Below, piece by piece: positions 1 through 13,650 of a stretch of 64,000 nucleotides of DNA. Every line of letters begins with the position of its first letter. Positions within the stretch are counted from its first letter, which is position 1. The notes below the pieces were generated by a model. It searched no databases and was not told the origin of the DNA. It worked only from the letters and a program-made list of their open reading frames with translations. Origin of the DNA: the human T2T-CHM13v2.0 reference genome, Homo sapiens; NCBI RefSeq assembly GCF_009914755.1, contig NC_060933.1; one strand, written 5' to 3'. Both the position numbers and the translations under genes were made by a program.

Positions 1-1030
1 AATCGAATGGAGTGGAATGGAATGGAATGGAATGGAACAACCCGAATGGAATAGAATGTAATGGAGAGTAAGGGAGTTGAATAGAATCAATCCGAATGTA
101 GTGGAATGGAATGCAACGGAATGGAATGGAATGTAATGGAATGGAATGCAATGGAATGGAATCAACCCGAGTACAATGGAATGGAATGGAATGGAATGGA
201 ATGGAATGGAATGGAATGGAATGGAATACCTTGAAACCGAATGGAATGGAAAGGAATGGAATCAACACAAGTGGAATGGAATGGAATGGAATGGAGTGGA
301 ATGGAATGGAATGGAATGGAATGATACGGAATAGAATGGAATGGAACAAAATGGAATGAAATGGAATGGAATGGAATGGAATGGAATGGAATGGAATGGA
401 ATGGAATCGTTCCGAGTGGAATAGGAGGGAATGTATTCGAGTGGAATGGAAAGGAATGGAATCAACCAGAGTGGAATGGAAGGGAATGGAATGGAATGGA
501 AACTAATAGAATGGAATCAACCCGAGTGGAATGGAATGGAAAGGACTGGAATGGAAAGGAATGGAATGGAATGGAATGGAATGGAATGGAATGGAATGGA
601 ATGGAATGGAATCAACGCGAGTGCAGGGGAATGGAATAGAATGGAATGGAATGGAATGGAATGGAATGGAATCAACCCGAGTGCAGGGGAATGTAATGGA
701 ACGGAATGCAATGGAATGGAATCATCCGGAATGGAATGGAATGGAATGGAATGGAATCAACACGAGTGCAATGGAATGGAGTGGAATGGAATGGAATGGA
801 ATTGAAAGGAACAACCCGAATGGAATGGAATGTAATGGAGAGTAAGGGAGTTGAAAAGAATCAATCCGAATGTAATGGAATGGAATGGATCGGAATGGAA
901 TGGAATGGAATGGAATGGAATGGAATGGAATGGAATGGAATCAACCCGAGTACAATGGAATGGAATGGAATGGAATGGAATGGAATGGAATGCAATGGAA
1001 TGGAATCTTCCGGAATTGAATGGAATGGAA
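1..1030 (+). repeat. Copy 1 of ~1-kb segment duplicated at ~6104-7050 (may extend upstream of the window)
   Basis: Shared rare variants: GAATACCTTGAAACCG (~223 and ~6322), TTGAAAGGAACAACCCG (~802 and ~6830), GTTGAAAAGAATC (~850 and ~6878), GGATCGGAAT (~887 and ~6915), CTTCCGGAATTGAA (~1007 and ~7030). Confidence 0.85.
1002..1016. promoter_or_regulatory. Perfect three-unit heat-shock element consensus nGAAnnTTCnnGAAn (first of roughly 45)
   Basis: GGAAT-CTTCC-GGAAT reads as nGAAn-nTTCn-nGAAn. Sequence match only; occupancy is not shown. Confidence 0.55.
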
Positions 1031-3199
1031 TGGAATGGAATGGAATGCAATGGATTCAACTCGATTGCAATGGAATGGAATAGAGTGGAATGGAATGGAA
1101 TTAAACCGCATAGAACGGAATGGAATGGAATGGAACGGAACGGAACGGAATGGAACGGAGTGGAATGGAATGGAATGGAATTGTATGGAATGGAATGGAA
1201 TGGTACGGAATAGAAAGGAATGCAAAGAATTGGAATGGAATGGAATGGAATGGAATGGAATGGAATGGAATGGAATCAACCAGAGTGCAGGGGAATGTAA
1301 TGGAACGGAATGCAATGGAATGGAATCATCCGGAATGGAATGGAATGCAACGGAATGAAATGGAATGGAATGGAATGTAATGGAATGCAATGGAATGGAA
1401 TCAACCCGAGTACAATGGAATGGAATGGAATGGAATGGAATGGAATGGAATGGAATGCCTTCAAACCGAATGGAATGGAAAGGAATGGAATCAACACGAA
1501 TGGAATGGAATGGAATGGAATGGAATGGAATGGAATGGAATGGAATGATACGCAATAGAATGGAATGGAACGAAATGGAATGGAGTGGAATGGAATGGAA
1601 TGGAATGGAATGGAATGGAATGGAATCTTTCCGAGTGGAATAGGAGGGAATGTGTTCGAGTGGAATGGAAAGGAATGGAATCAACCAGAGTGGAATGGAA
1701 GGGAATGGAATGGAATAGAAACTAATAGAATGGAATCAACCCGAGTGGAATGGAATGGAAAGGACTGGAATGGAATGGAATGGAATGGAATGGAATGGAA
1801 TCAACTCGATTGTAATGGAATGGAATGGAATGGAATTAACCCGAATACAATGGAATGGAATGCAATGGAACGGAATGGAGTGGAATGGAATGGAATCAAC
1901 CCGAGTGCAGGGGAACGGAATGGAATGGAATGCAATGGAATGGAATCATCCGGAATGGAATGGAATGGAATGGAATGGAATCAACCCGAGTGCAATGGAA
2001 TGGAGTGGAATGGAATGGAATCAACCCGAATGCAGGGGAGTGGAATGGAATGGAATTCAATGGAATGGAATCATCCGTAATGGAATAGAAAGGAATGGAA
2101 TGGAATGGAATGGAATGGAATGGAATGGAATGGAATCAAAACGATTGCAATCGAATGGAATGGAATGGAATTAACCCGAATAGAATGGAATGGAATGGAA
2201 TGGAACGGAAAGGAATGGAATAGAATGGAATTGAACGGAACGGAATGGAATGGAATGGAATGGAATGGAATGGAATGGAATGGAATCAACGTGAGTGCAG
2301 GAGAATGGAATGGAATGGAATGCAATGGAATGGAAACTTCCGGAATGGAATGGAATGGAATGGAATGGAATGAAATGCAATGGATTCAACTCGATTGCAA
2401 TGGAATGGAATAGAATGGAATGGAATGGAATGGAATGGAATTAATCCGAATTGAATGGAATGGAATGTAATGGAAAGGAATGGAACGGAATGGAATGGAA
2501 TGGAATGGTATGGAATGGAATGGAATGGTACGGAATAGAATGGAATGGAACGAATTGTAATGGAATGGAATTGAACGGAAAGGAATGGAATGGAATGGAA
2601 TCAACGAGAGTGCAGGGGAATGTAATGGAACGGAATGCAATGGAAAGGAATCATACGGAACGGAATGGAATGGAATGGAATGGAATGGTATGGAATCAAC
2701 CCGAGTGCAATGGAATGGAGTGGAATGGAATGGAATGCAATGGAACAACCCGAATGGAATGGAACGTAATGGAGAGTTAGGGAGTTGAATGGAATCAATC
2801 CGAATGTAATGGAATGAAATGCAACGGAATGGAATGGAATGGAATGGAATGGAATGGAATGCAATGGAATGGAATCAACTTGAGTACAATGGAATGGAAT
2901 GGAATGGAATGGAATGGAATGGAATGGAATGGAATGGAATGGAATAAAATGGAATGATATGGAATAGAATGGAATGGAACGAAATGGAATGGAATGGAAG
3001 GGAATGGAATGGGATCGTTCCGAGTGGAATAGGAGGGAATGTATTCGAGTGGAATGGAAAGGAATGGAATCAACCAGAGTGGAATGGAAGGGAATGGAAT
3101 GGAATGGAAACTAATAGAATGGAATCAACTCAAGTGGAATGGAATGGAAAGGACTGGAATGGAATGGAATGGAATGGAATCAACTCGATTGTAATGGAA

Positions 3200-5060
3200 T
3201 GGAATGGAATGGAATGGAATGGAATGGAATGGAATGGAGTGGAATGGAATGGAATCAACCCGAGTGCAGGGGAATGGAATGGAATGGAATGCAATGGAAT
3301 GGAATCATCCGGAATGGAATGGAATGGAATGGAATGCAAAGCAATGGAATCAACTCGATTGCAATGGAATGGAATGGAATGGAAAGGAATACATTGGAAT
3401 CAAACAGAGTGGAATGGAATGGAAAGGACTGGAATGGAGTGGAATGGAATGGAATGGAATGGAATGGAATGGAATCAACTCGATTGGAATGGAATGGAAT
3501 GGAATGGAATGGAATGGAATTAACCCGAATAGAATGGAGTGGAATGGAATGGAACGGAACGGAATGGAATGGAAAGGAATGGAATGGAATGGAATGGAAT
3601 GGAATGGAATGGAATCAACCCGACTGCAGGGGAATGGAATGGAATGGAATGCAATGGAATGGATTCAACTTGAATGGAATGGTAAGAATGGAATCAACAC
3701 GAGTGGAATGGCATGGATTGGAATGGAATGGAATGGAATCAACCCGAGTACAGCGGAATGGAATGGAATGGAATGCAATGGAATGGAATCATCCGTAATG
3801 GAATGGAAAGGAATGGAATGGAATGGAATGGAATGGAATGGAATGGAATGGAATGGAATCAACTCGATTGCAATCGAATGGAATGGAATGGAATTAACCC
3901 GAATAGAATGGAATGGAATGGAATGGAATGGAACGGAACGGAATGGAATGGATTGGAATGGAATGGAATGGAATGGAACGGAACGGAAAGGAATGGAATA
4001 GAATGGAATGGAATGGAAAGGAATGGAATGGAATCAACGCGAGTGCAGGGGAATGGAATGGAATGGAATGCAATGGAATGGAATCTTCCGGAATGGAATG
4101 GAATGGAATGGAATGGAATGGAATGGAATTAACCCGAATACAATGGAATGGAATGGAATGGAACGGAATGGAGTGGAATGGAATGGAAGCAACCCGAGTG
4201 CAGGGGATTAGAATGGAATGGAATGCAATGGAATGGAATCATCCGGAATGGAATGGAATGGAATGGAATGCAAAGCAATGGAATCAACTCGATTGCAATG
4301 GAATGGAATGGAATGGAAAGGAATACATTGGAATCAACCCGAGTGGAATGGAATGGAAAGGACTGGAATGGAGTGGAATGGAATGGAATGGAATGGAATG
4401 AAATCAACTCGATTGGAATGGAATGGAATGGAATGGAATGGAATGGAATGGAATGGAATTAACCCGAATAGAATGGACTGGAATGGAATGGAACGGAATG
4501 GAATGGAAAGGAATGGAATGGAATGGAATGGAATGGAATCAACCCGATTGCAGGGGAATGGAATGGAATGGAATGCAATGGAATGGATTCAACTTGAATG
4601 GAATGGAAAGAATGGAATCAACACGAGTGGAATGGCATGGATTGGAATGGAATGGATTAGAATCAACCCGAGTACAGGGGAATGGAATGGAATGGAATGC
4701 AATGGAATGGAATCATCCGTAATGGAATGGAAAGGAATGGAATGGAATGGAATGGAATGGAATGCAATGGAATCAACTCGATTGCAATCCAATGGAATGG
4801 AATGGAATTAACCCGAATAGAATGGAATGGAATGGAATGGAATGGAACGGAACGGAATGGAATGGATTGGAATGGAATGGAATGGAATGGAATGGAATGG
4901 AAAGGAAAGGAATGGAATGGAATGGAATGGAATGGAATGGAATGGAATGGAATGGAATCAACGCGAGTGCAGGGGAATGGAATGGAATGGAATTCAATGG
5001 AATGGAATCTTCCGGAATGGCATGGAATGGAATGGAATGGAATGGAATGGAATAAACCCG
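3200..5060 (+). repeat. Local diverged tandem duplication, ~930-bp period
   Basis: The rare GGAATACATTGG variant has ACATT at 3391 and 4325 (934 apart). Both are followed by the same module order (GGACT, CTCGATTGG, CCCGA[C/T]TGCAGGGG, CAACTTG, GGCATGGATT, CATCCGTAAT, CAACGCG, CTTCCGG). Confidence 0.75.
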
Positions 5061-6103
5061 AGTTCAATGGAATGGAGTGGAATGGAATGGAATGGAATGG
5101 AACAACCCGAATGGAATGGAATGTAATGGAGAGTAAGGGAGTTGAATAGAATCTATCCGAATGTAATGGAATGGAATGTAATGGAATGGAATGGAATGGA
5201 ATGGAATGGAATGGAATGCAATGGAATGCAATGGAATGCAATGGCATGGAATCAACCCGAGTGCAATCGAATGGAATCGAATGGAATGGAATGCAATGGA
5301 ATGGATTCAACTTGAATGGAATGGAAAGAATGGAATCAACACGAGTGGAATGGCATGGATTGGAATGGAATGGAATGGAATCAATCCGAGTACAGGGGAA
5401 TGGAATGGAATGGAATGCAATGGAATGGAATCATCCGTAATGGAATGGAAAGGAATGGAAAGGAATGGAATGGAATGGAATGGAATGGAATGGAATGGAA
5501 TGGAATCAACTCGATTGCAATCGAATGGAATGGAATGGAATTATCCCGAATAGAATGGCATGGAATGGAATGGAACGGAACGGAATGGAATGGAATGGAA
5601 TGGAATGGAACGGAACGGAACGGAATGGAATGGAATGGAATGGAATGGAATGGAATGGAATGGAATCAACGCGAGTGCAGGGGAATGGAATGGAATGGAA
5701 TGCAATGGAATGGAATCTTCCGGAATGGAATGGAATGGAATAGAATGGAATGAAATGCAATGGATTCAACTCGATTGCAATGGAATGGAATAGAATGGAA
5801 TGGAATGGAATGGAATGGAATGGAATGGAATGGAATTAACCCGAATAGAATGGAATGGAATGGAATGGAACGGAATGGAACGGAACGGAATGGAATGGAA
5901 TGCAATGGAATGGTATGGAATGGAATGGAATGGTACGGAATAGAATGGAATGGAACGAACTGTAATGGAATGGAATTGAATGGAATGGAATGGAATGGAA
6001 TCAACGCGAGTGCAGGGGAATGTAATGGAACGGAATGCAATGGAATGGAATCATCCGGAATGGAATGGAATGGAATGGAATGGAAAGGAATCAACCCGAG
6101 TGC

Positions 6104-7050
6104 AATCGAATGGAGTGGAATGGAATGGAATGGAATGGAACAACCCGAATGGAATAGAATGTAATGGAGAGTAAGGGAGTTGAATAGAATCAATCCGAAT
6201 GTAGTGGAATGGAATGCAACGGAATGGAATGGAATGTAATGGAATGGAATGCAATGGAATGGAATCAACCCGAGTACAATGGAATGGAATGGAATGGAAT
6301 GGAATGGAATGGAATGGAATGGAATACCTTGAAACCGAATGGAATGGAAAGGAATGGAATCAACACAAGTGGAATGGAATGGAATGGAATGGAGTGGAAT
6401 GGAATGGAATGGAATGGAATGGAATGGAATGGAATGGAATCGTTCCGAGTGGAATAGGAGGGAATGTATTCGAGTGGAATGGAAAGGAATGGAATCAACC
6501 AGAGTGGAATGGAAGGGAATGGAATGGAATGGAAACTAATAGAATGGAATCAACCCGAGTGGAATGGAATGGAAAGGACTGGAATGGAAAGGAATGGAAT
6601 GGAATGGAATGGAATGGAATGGAATGGAATGGAATGGAATCAACGCGAGTGCAGGGGAATGGAATAGAATGGAATGGAATGGAATGGAATGGAATGGAAT
6701 CAACCCGAGTGCAGGGGAATGTAATGGAACGGAATGCAATGGAATGGAATCATCCGGAATGGAATGGAATGGAATGGAATGGAATCAACACGAGTGCAAT
6801 GGAATGGAGTGGAATGGAATGGAATGGAATTGAAAGGAACAACCCGAATGGAATGGAATGTAATGGAGAGTAAGGGAGTTGAAAAGAATCAATCCGAATG
6901 TAATGGAATGGAATGGATCGGAATGGAATGGAATGGAATGGAATGGAATGGAATGGAATGGAATCAACCCGAGTACAATGGAATGGAATGGAATGGAATG
7001 GAATGGAATGGAATGCAATGGAATGGAATCTTCCGGAATTGAATGGAATG
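6104..7050 (+). repeat. Copy 2 of the segment at 1-1030 (offset 6103, falling to ~6025 after an internal deletion)
   Basis: AATCGAATGGAGTGG...CAACCCGAATGGAATAGAATGTAATGGAGAG begins at both 1 and 6104, with the same rare variants as copy 1. This copy lacks the GATACGG...ACAAAATGG module found at ~322-360. Confidence 0.85.
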
Positions 7051-9360
7051 GAATGGAATGGAATGGAATGGAATGGAATGGAATGGAATCAACTCGATTG
7101 GAATGGAATGGAATGGAATGGAATGGAATGGAATTAACCCGAATAGAATGGAGTGGAATGGAATGGAACGGAACGGAATGGAATGGAAAGGAATGGAATG
7201 GAATGGAATGGAATGGAATGGAATGGAATCAACCCGACTGCAATGGAATGGAGTGGAATAGAATGGAATAGAATGGAACAACCCGAATGGAATGGAATGT
7301 AATGGAGAGTAAGGGAGTTGAATAGAATCAATCCGAATGTAATGGAATGGAATGCAACGGAATGGAATGGAATGGAATGGAATGGAATGCAATGGAATGG
7401 AATCAACCCGAGGACAACGGAATGGAATGGAATGGAATGGAATGGAATGGAATGGAATGGAATGAAATGGAATGATACGGAATAGAATGGAATGGAACGA
7501 AATGGAATGGAATGGAATGGAATGGAATGGAATGGAATGGAATGGAATCGATCCGAGTGGAATACGAGGGAATGTATTCGAGTGGAATGGAAAGGAATGG
7601 AATCAACCAGAGTGGAATGGAAGGGAATGGAATGGAATGGAAACTAATAGAATGGAGGCAACCCGAGTGGAATGGAATAGAAAGGACTGGAATAGAATGT
7701 AATGGAATGGAATGGAACGGAATGGATTGAATGGAATGGAATGGAATGGAATCAACGCGAGTGCAGGGGAATGGAATGGAATGGAATGCAATGGAATGGA
7801 AACTTCCGGAATGGAATGGAATGGAATGGAATGGAATGGAATGGAATGGAATCAACCCGAGTGCAATGGAATGGAGTGGAATGGAATGGAATGGAATGGA
7901 ACAACACGAATGGAATGGAAACTAATGGAGAGTAAGGGAGTTGAATAGAATCAATCCGAATGTAATGGAATGGAATGGAACTGAATGGAATGGAATGGAA
8001 TGGAATGGAATGGAATGCAATGGAATGGAATGGAATGGAATGGAATGGAATGCAATGGAATGGAATCAACCCAAGTGCAATCGTATGGAATCGAATGGAA
8101 TGGAATGCAATGGAATGGATTCAACTTGAATGGAATGGAAAGAATGGAATCAACACGAGTGGAATGGCATGGATTGGAATAGAATGGAATGGAAACAACC
8201 CGAGTACAGGGGAATGGAATGGAATGCAATGCAATGGAATGGAATCATCTTTAATGGAATGGAAAGGAATGGAATGGAATGGAATGGAATGGAATGGAAT
8301 CAACTCGATTGCAATCGAATGGAATGGAATGGAATTAACCCGAATAGCATGGAAAGGAATGGAATGGAACGGAACGGAATGGAATGGAATGGAATGGAAT
8401 GGAACGGAACGGAACGGAACGGAACGGAATGGAATGGAATGGAAAGGAATGGAATGGAATCAACGCGAGTGCAGGGGAATGGAATGGAATGGAATGCAAT
8501 GGAATGGAATCTTCCGGAATGGAATGGAATGAAATGGAATGGAATGAAATGCAATGGATTCAACTCGATTGCAATAGAATGGAATAGAATGGAATGGAAT
8601 GGAATGGAATGGAATGGAATTAACCCAAATAGCATGGAAAGGAATGGAATGCAACGGAATGGAAAGGAATGGAATGGAATGGAATACAATGGAATGGTAT
8701 GGAATGGAGTGGAATGGTACGTAATAGAATGGAATGGAACGAATTGTAATGGAATGGAATTGAACGGAATGGAATGGAATGGAATGGAATCAACGCGAGT
8801 GCAGGGGAATGTAATGGAAGGGAATGCAATGGAATGGAATCATCCGGAATGGAATGGAATGGAATGGAATGGAATGGAATGGAATGGAAGCAACCCGAGT
8901 GCAATGGAATGGAGTGGAATGGAATGGAATGGAATGGAACAACCCGAATGGAATGGAATGTAATGGAGAGTAAGGGAGTTGAATAGAATCAGTCCGAATG
9001 TAATGGAATGGAATGCAACGGAATGGAATGGAATGGAATGGAATGGAATGCAATGGAATGGAATCAACCCGAGTACAATGGAATGGAATGGAATGGAATG
9101 GAATGGAATGGAATGCCTTCAAACCGAATGGAATGGAAAGGAATGGAATCAACACGAGTGGAATGGAATGGAATGGAATGGAATGGAATGGAATGGAATG
9201 GAATGATACGGAATAGAATGGAATGGAACGAAATGGAATGGAATGGAATGGAATGGAATGGAATGGAATCAACGCGAGTGGAAGGGAATGGAATGGAATC
9301 GAATGGAATGGAATGGAATGGAATGGAATCATCCGGAATGGAATAGAATGGAATGGAATG

Positions 9361-9535
9361 GAATCAACCCGAGTGCAGGGGAATGTAACGGAACGGAATG
9401 CAATGGAATGGAATCATCCGGAATGGAATAGAATGGAATGGAATGGAATCAACCCGAGTGCAGGGGAATGTAACGGAACGGAATGCAATGGAATGGAATC
9501 ATCCGGAATGGAATAGAATGGAATGGAATGGAATC
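9361..9535 (+). repeat. 85-bp tandem duplication
   Basis: GAATCAACCCGAGTGCAGGGGAATGTAACGGAACGGAATGCAATGGAATGGAATCATCCGGAATGGAATAGAATGG starts at 9361 and again at 9446. Both copies carry the GTAAC and GGAATAGAAT variants. Confidence 0.85.
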
Positions 9536-12500
9536 AACCCGACTTGAATGGAAGGGAATGGAATGGAATGGAATGGAATGTAAACAACCCGAATGGAATG
9601 GAATATACTGGAGTGTAAGGGAATTGAATGGAATCAATCCGAATGTAATGGAATGGAATGGAAAGGAATGGAATGGAATGGAATGGAATGGAATGGAATG
9701 GAATCAACCCGAGTGTAATGGAATGGAATCGAAAGGAATGGAAAGGAATGGAATGGATTCAACCCGATTGCAATGGAATGGAATAGAATGGAATGGAATT
9801 GAATGGAATGGAATGGAGTTAACCGGAATAGAATGGAATTTAATGGTATGGAACGCAACGGAACGGAATGGAATGGAATGGAATGGAATGGAATGGAATG
9901 GTATGGAATGGAATGGAATGGTGCGGAATAGAATGGATTGGAACGAATTGGAATGGAATGGAATCGAATGGAATGGAATGCAATGGAATGGAATCAACCC
10001 GAGTGCAGTGGAATGTAATGGAACGGAATGCAATGGAATGGAATCATACGCAATGGAATGGAATGGAATGGAATGGAATGGAATGGAATGGAATCAACCC
10101 GAGTGCAATGGTATGGAGTGGAATGCAATGGAATGGAATGTAAACAACACGAATGGAATGGAATATAATGGAGTGTAAGGGAATTGAATGGAATCAATCC
10201 GAATGTAATGGAATGGAATGGAAAGGAATGGAATTGAATGGAATGGAATGGAATGGAATCAACCCGAGTGTAATGGAATGGAATCGAAAGGAATGGAAAG
10301 GAATGGAATGGATTCAACACCAACGTAATGGAAAGGAATGGAATCAACCCGAGTGGAATGGCATGGAATGGAATGGAAAGGAATGGAATGGAATGGTACA
10401 GAACGGAATGGATTGGAACGAAATGGAATGGAATGGAATGGAATGGAATGGAATGGAATGGAATGGAATCAACTCGATTGCAATGGAACGGAATGGAATG
10501 GAATGGAATAGAATGGAATGTAATTAACCCGAATAGATTGGAATGGAATGGATTGGAATCAACCCTAGTACAGGGGAATAGAATGGAATGGAATGCAATG
10601 GAATGGAATCATCCATAAAGGAATGGAAAGGAATGGAATGGAATGGAATGGAATGGAATGGAATCAACTCGATTGCAATAGAATTGAATGGAATGGAATT
10701 AACCGAATAGAATGGAATGGAATGGAATGGAACGGAACGGAATGGAATCGAATGGAATGGAATGGAATGGAACGGAACGGAATGGAATGGAATGGAATGG
10801 AATGGAATGGAATGGAATCAACGCGAGTGCAGGGGAATGGAATGGAATGGAATGCAATGGAATGGAATCTTCCGGAATGGAATGGAATGGAATGGAATGG
10901 AATGGAATGGATTCAACTCGATTGCAATGGAATGGAATGCAATGGAATGGAATGGAATGGAATGGAATGGAATGGAATGGAAAGGAAGGTAATGGAACGG
11001 AATGGAATGGAATCAACCCGAGTGCAGGGGAATTGAATGGAATGGAATGCAATGGAATGGAATCATCCGGAATGGAATGCAATGGAATGGAATGGAATGC
11101 AATGGAATGGAATCATCCGGAATGGAATGGAATGGAATGGAATGGAATGGAATCGAATGGAATGGAATGGAATCAACTCGATTCCAATGGAATGGAATGG
11201 AATGGAATGGAATGGAATGGAATGGAATGGAATGGAATCAACTCGAATCCAATGGAATGGAATGGAATAGAACGGAATGGAATTAACACGAATAGAATGG
11301 AATGGAATGGAATGGAATGGAATGGAATGGAATGGATTCAACTCGATTGCAATGGAATGAAATAGAATGGAATGGAATGGAATGGAATGGAATTAACCCG
11401 AATAGAATGGAATGGAATGGAATGGAACGGAATGTAATGGAATAGAATGGAATGGAATCAACCTGAGTGCAGGGAAATGGAATGGAATGGAATGCAATGG
11501 AATGGAATCATCAGGAATTTAATGGAATGGAATGGAATGGAATGGCATGGAATCAACTCGTTTTCAATGGAATGGAATGGAATAGAATGGAATGGAATTA
11601 ACACGAATAGAATGGATTGGAATGGAATGGAACGGAAAGGAATGGAGTGGATTCGAAAGGAATCAACCCAAGTGCAGGGGAATGGAATGGAATGGAATTC
11701 AGTGGAATGGAATCATCCGGAATGGAATGGAACGGAATGGAATGGAATGGAATGGAATCAACCTGAGTGCAATGGAATGGAGAGGAATGGAATGGAATGG
11801 AATGGAAACTACCCGAATGGAATGGAATGTAATGGAGTGTATGGGAATTGAATAGAATCAATCCGAATGTAATGGAATGGAATGGAACGGAATGGAATGA
11901 AATGGAATGGAATGGAATGGAATGGAATGGAATGCAATGGAATGGATTCAACCCGAGTGCAATCGAATGGAATCGAATGGAATGGAATGCAATGGAATGG
12001 ATTCAACTTGAATGGAATGGAAAGAATGGAATCAACACGAGTGGAATGGCATGGATTGGAATGGAATGGAATGGAATCAACCCGATTACAGGGGAATGGA
12101 ATGGAATGGAATGGAATGCAATGGAATGGAATCATCCGTAATGGAATGGAAAGGAATGGAATGGAATGGAATGGAATGGAATGGAATGGAATCAACTAGA
12201 TTGCAATGGAATGGAATGGAATGGAATTAACCCGAATAGAATGGAATGGAATGGAATGGAACGGAACGGAATGGAATGGAATGGAAAGGAACGGAACGGA
12301 ATGGAATGAAAAGTAATGGAAAGGAATGGACTGGAATGGAATCAACGCGAGTGCAGTGGAATGGAATGGAATGGAATGCAATGCAATGGTATGTTCCGGA
12401 ATGGAATGCAATGGAATGGAACGGAATGGAATGCAATGGATTCAACTCGATTGCAATGGAATGGAATACAATGGAATGGAATGGAATGGAATGGAATCAA

Positions 12501-13095
12501 CCCGAATAGAATGGAATGGAATGGAATGGAAAGGAAAGGAATGGAATGGAACGGAATGGAATGGAATACAATGGAATGGAATGGAATGGTATGGAATGGA
12601 ATGGAATGGTACGGAATAGAATGGAATGGAAAGAATTGGAATGGAATGGAATGGAATGGAATGGAATGGAATGGAATCAACGCGAGTGTAGGGGAATGTA
12701 ATGGAACGGAATACAATGGAATGGAATCATCCGGAATGGAATGGAATGGAATGGAATGGAATGGAATGGAATGGAATCAACCCGAGTGTAATGGAATGGA
12801 GTGGAATGGAATGGAATGGAATGGAACAACGCGAATGGAATGGAATGTAATGGAGAGTAAGGGAGTTGAATAGAATCAATCCGAATGTAATGGAATGGAA
12901 TGCAACGGAAAGGAATGGAATGGAATGGAATGAAATGCAATGGATTCAACTCGATTGCAATGGAATGGAATAGAACGGAATGGAATGGAATGGAATGGAA
13001 TGGAATGGAATTAACCCGAATAGAATGGAATGGAATGGAATGGAACGGAACGGAAAGGAATGGAATGGAATGGAATGGAATGGAATGGAATGGAA

Positions 13096-13185
13096 TGGTA
13101 TGGAATGGAATGGAATGGTACGGAATAGAATGGAATGGAATGGTATGGAATGGAATGGAATGGTACGGAATAGAATGGAATGGAA
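13096..13185 (+). repeat. 45-bp tandem duplication
   Basis: TGGTATGGAATGGAATGGAATGGTACGGAATAGAATGGAATGGAA at 13096 and 13141. Confidence 0.8.
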
Positions 13186-13502
13186 TGAATTGTAATGGAA
13201 TGGAATTGAATGGAATGGAAAGGAATGGAATGGAATGACATCAACGCGAGTGCAGGGGAATGTAATGGAACGGAATGCAATGGAATGGAATCATCCGGAA
13301 TGGAATGGAATGGAATGGAATGGAATGGAATCAACCCAAGTGCAAAGGAATGGAGTGGAATGGAATGGAATGGAATGGAACAACCCGAATGGAATGGAAT
13401 GTAATGGAGAGTAAGGGAGTTGAATAGAATCAATCCGAATGTAATGGAATGGAATGCAACGGAATGGAATGGAATGGAACGGAATGGAATGCAATGGAAT
13501 GG

Positions 13503-13650
13503 AATCAACCCGAGTGCAATCGAATGGAATCGCATGGAATGGAATGCAATGGAATGGATTCAACTTGAATGGAATGGAAAGAATGGAATCAACACGAGTG
13601 GAATTGCATGGATTGGAATGGAATGGAATGGAATCAACCCGAGTACAGGG
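13503..13650 (+). repeat. Representative pHuR98-like SatIII module (about 20 full or variant copies in the window)
   Basis: AATCAACCCGAGTGCAATCG...GGATTCAACTTGAATGGAATGGAAAGAATGGAATCAACACGAGTGG...CATGGATTGG...CAACCCGAGTACAGG. Other copies lie near 5250, 8063, 11947, 14426, 22517, 24967, 28999, 30043, 32444, 32983, 34908, 37275, 39190, 41567, 44352, 46709, 48629, 50991, 55649 and 63389. The resemblance to chr9 pHuR98 is from recall, not from an alignment. Confidence 0.65.

Noticed and set aside
408-445. AGGAGG followed by ATG (ATAGGAGGGAATG), resembling a Shine-Dalgarno site and start codon
   Set aside because: It is a diverged in-register pentamer module repeated about 14 times in eukaryotic satellite, and the downstream frame is satellite.
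620-700. G-quadruplex potential at GCAGGGGAAT motifs
   Set aside because: Runs of three or more G are isolated and tens of bases apart, so the canonical four-tract pattern is not met.
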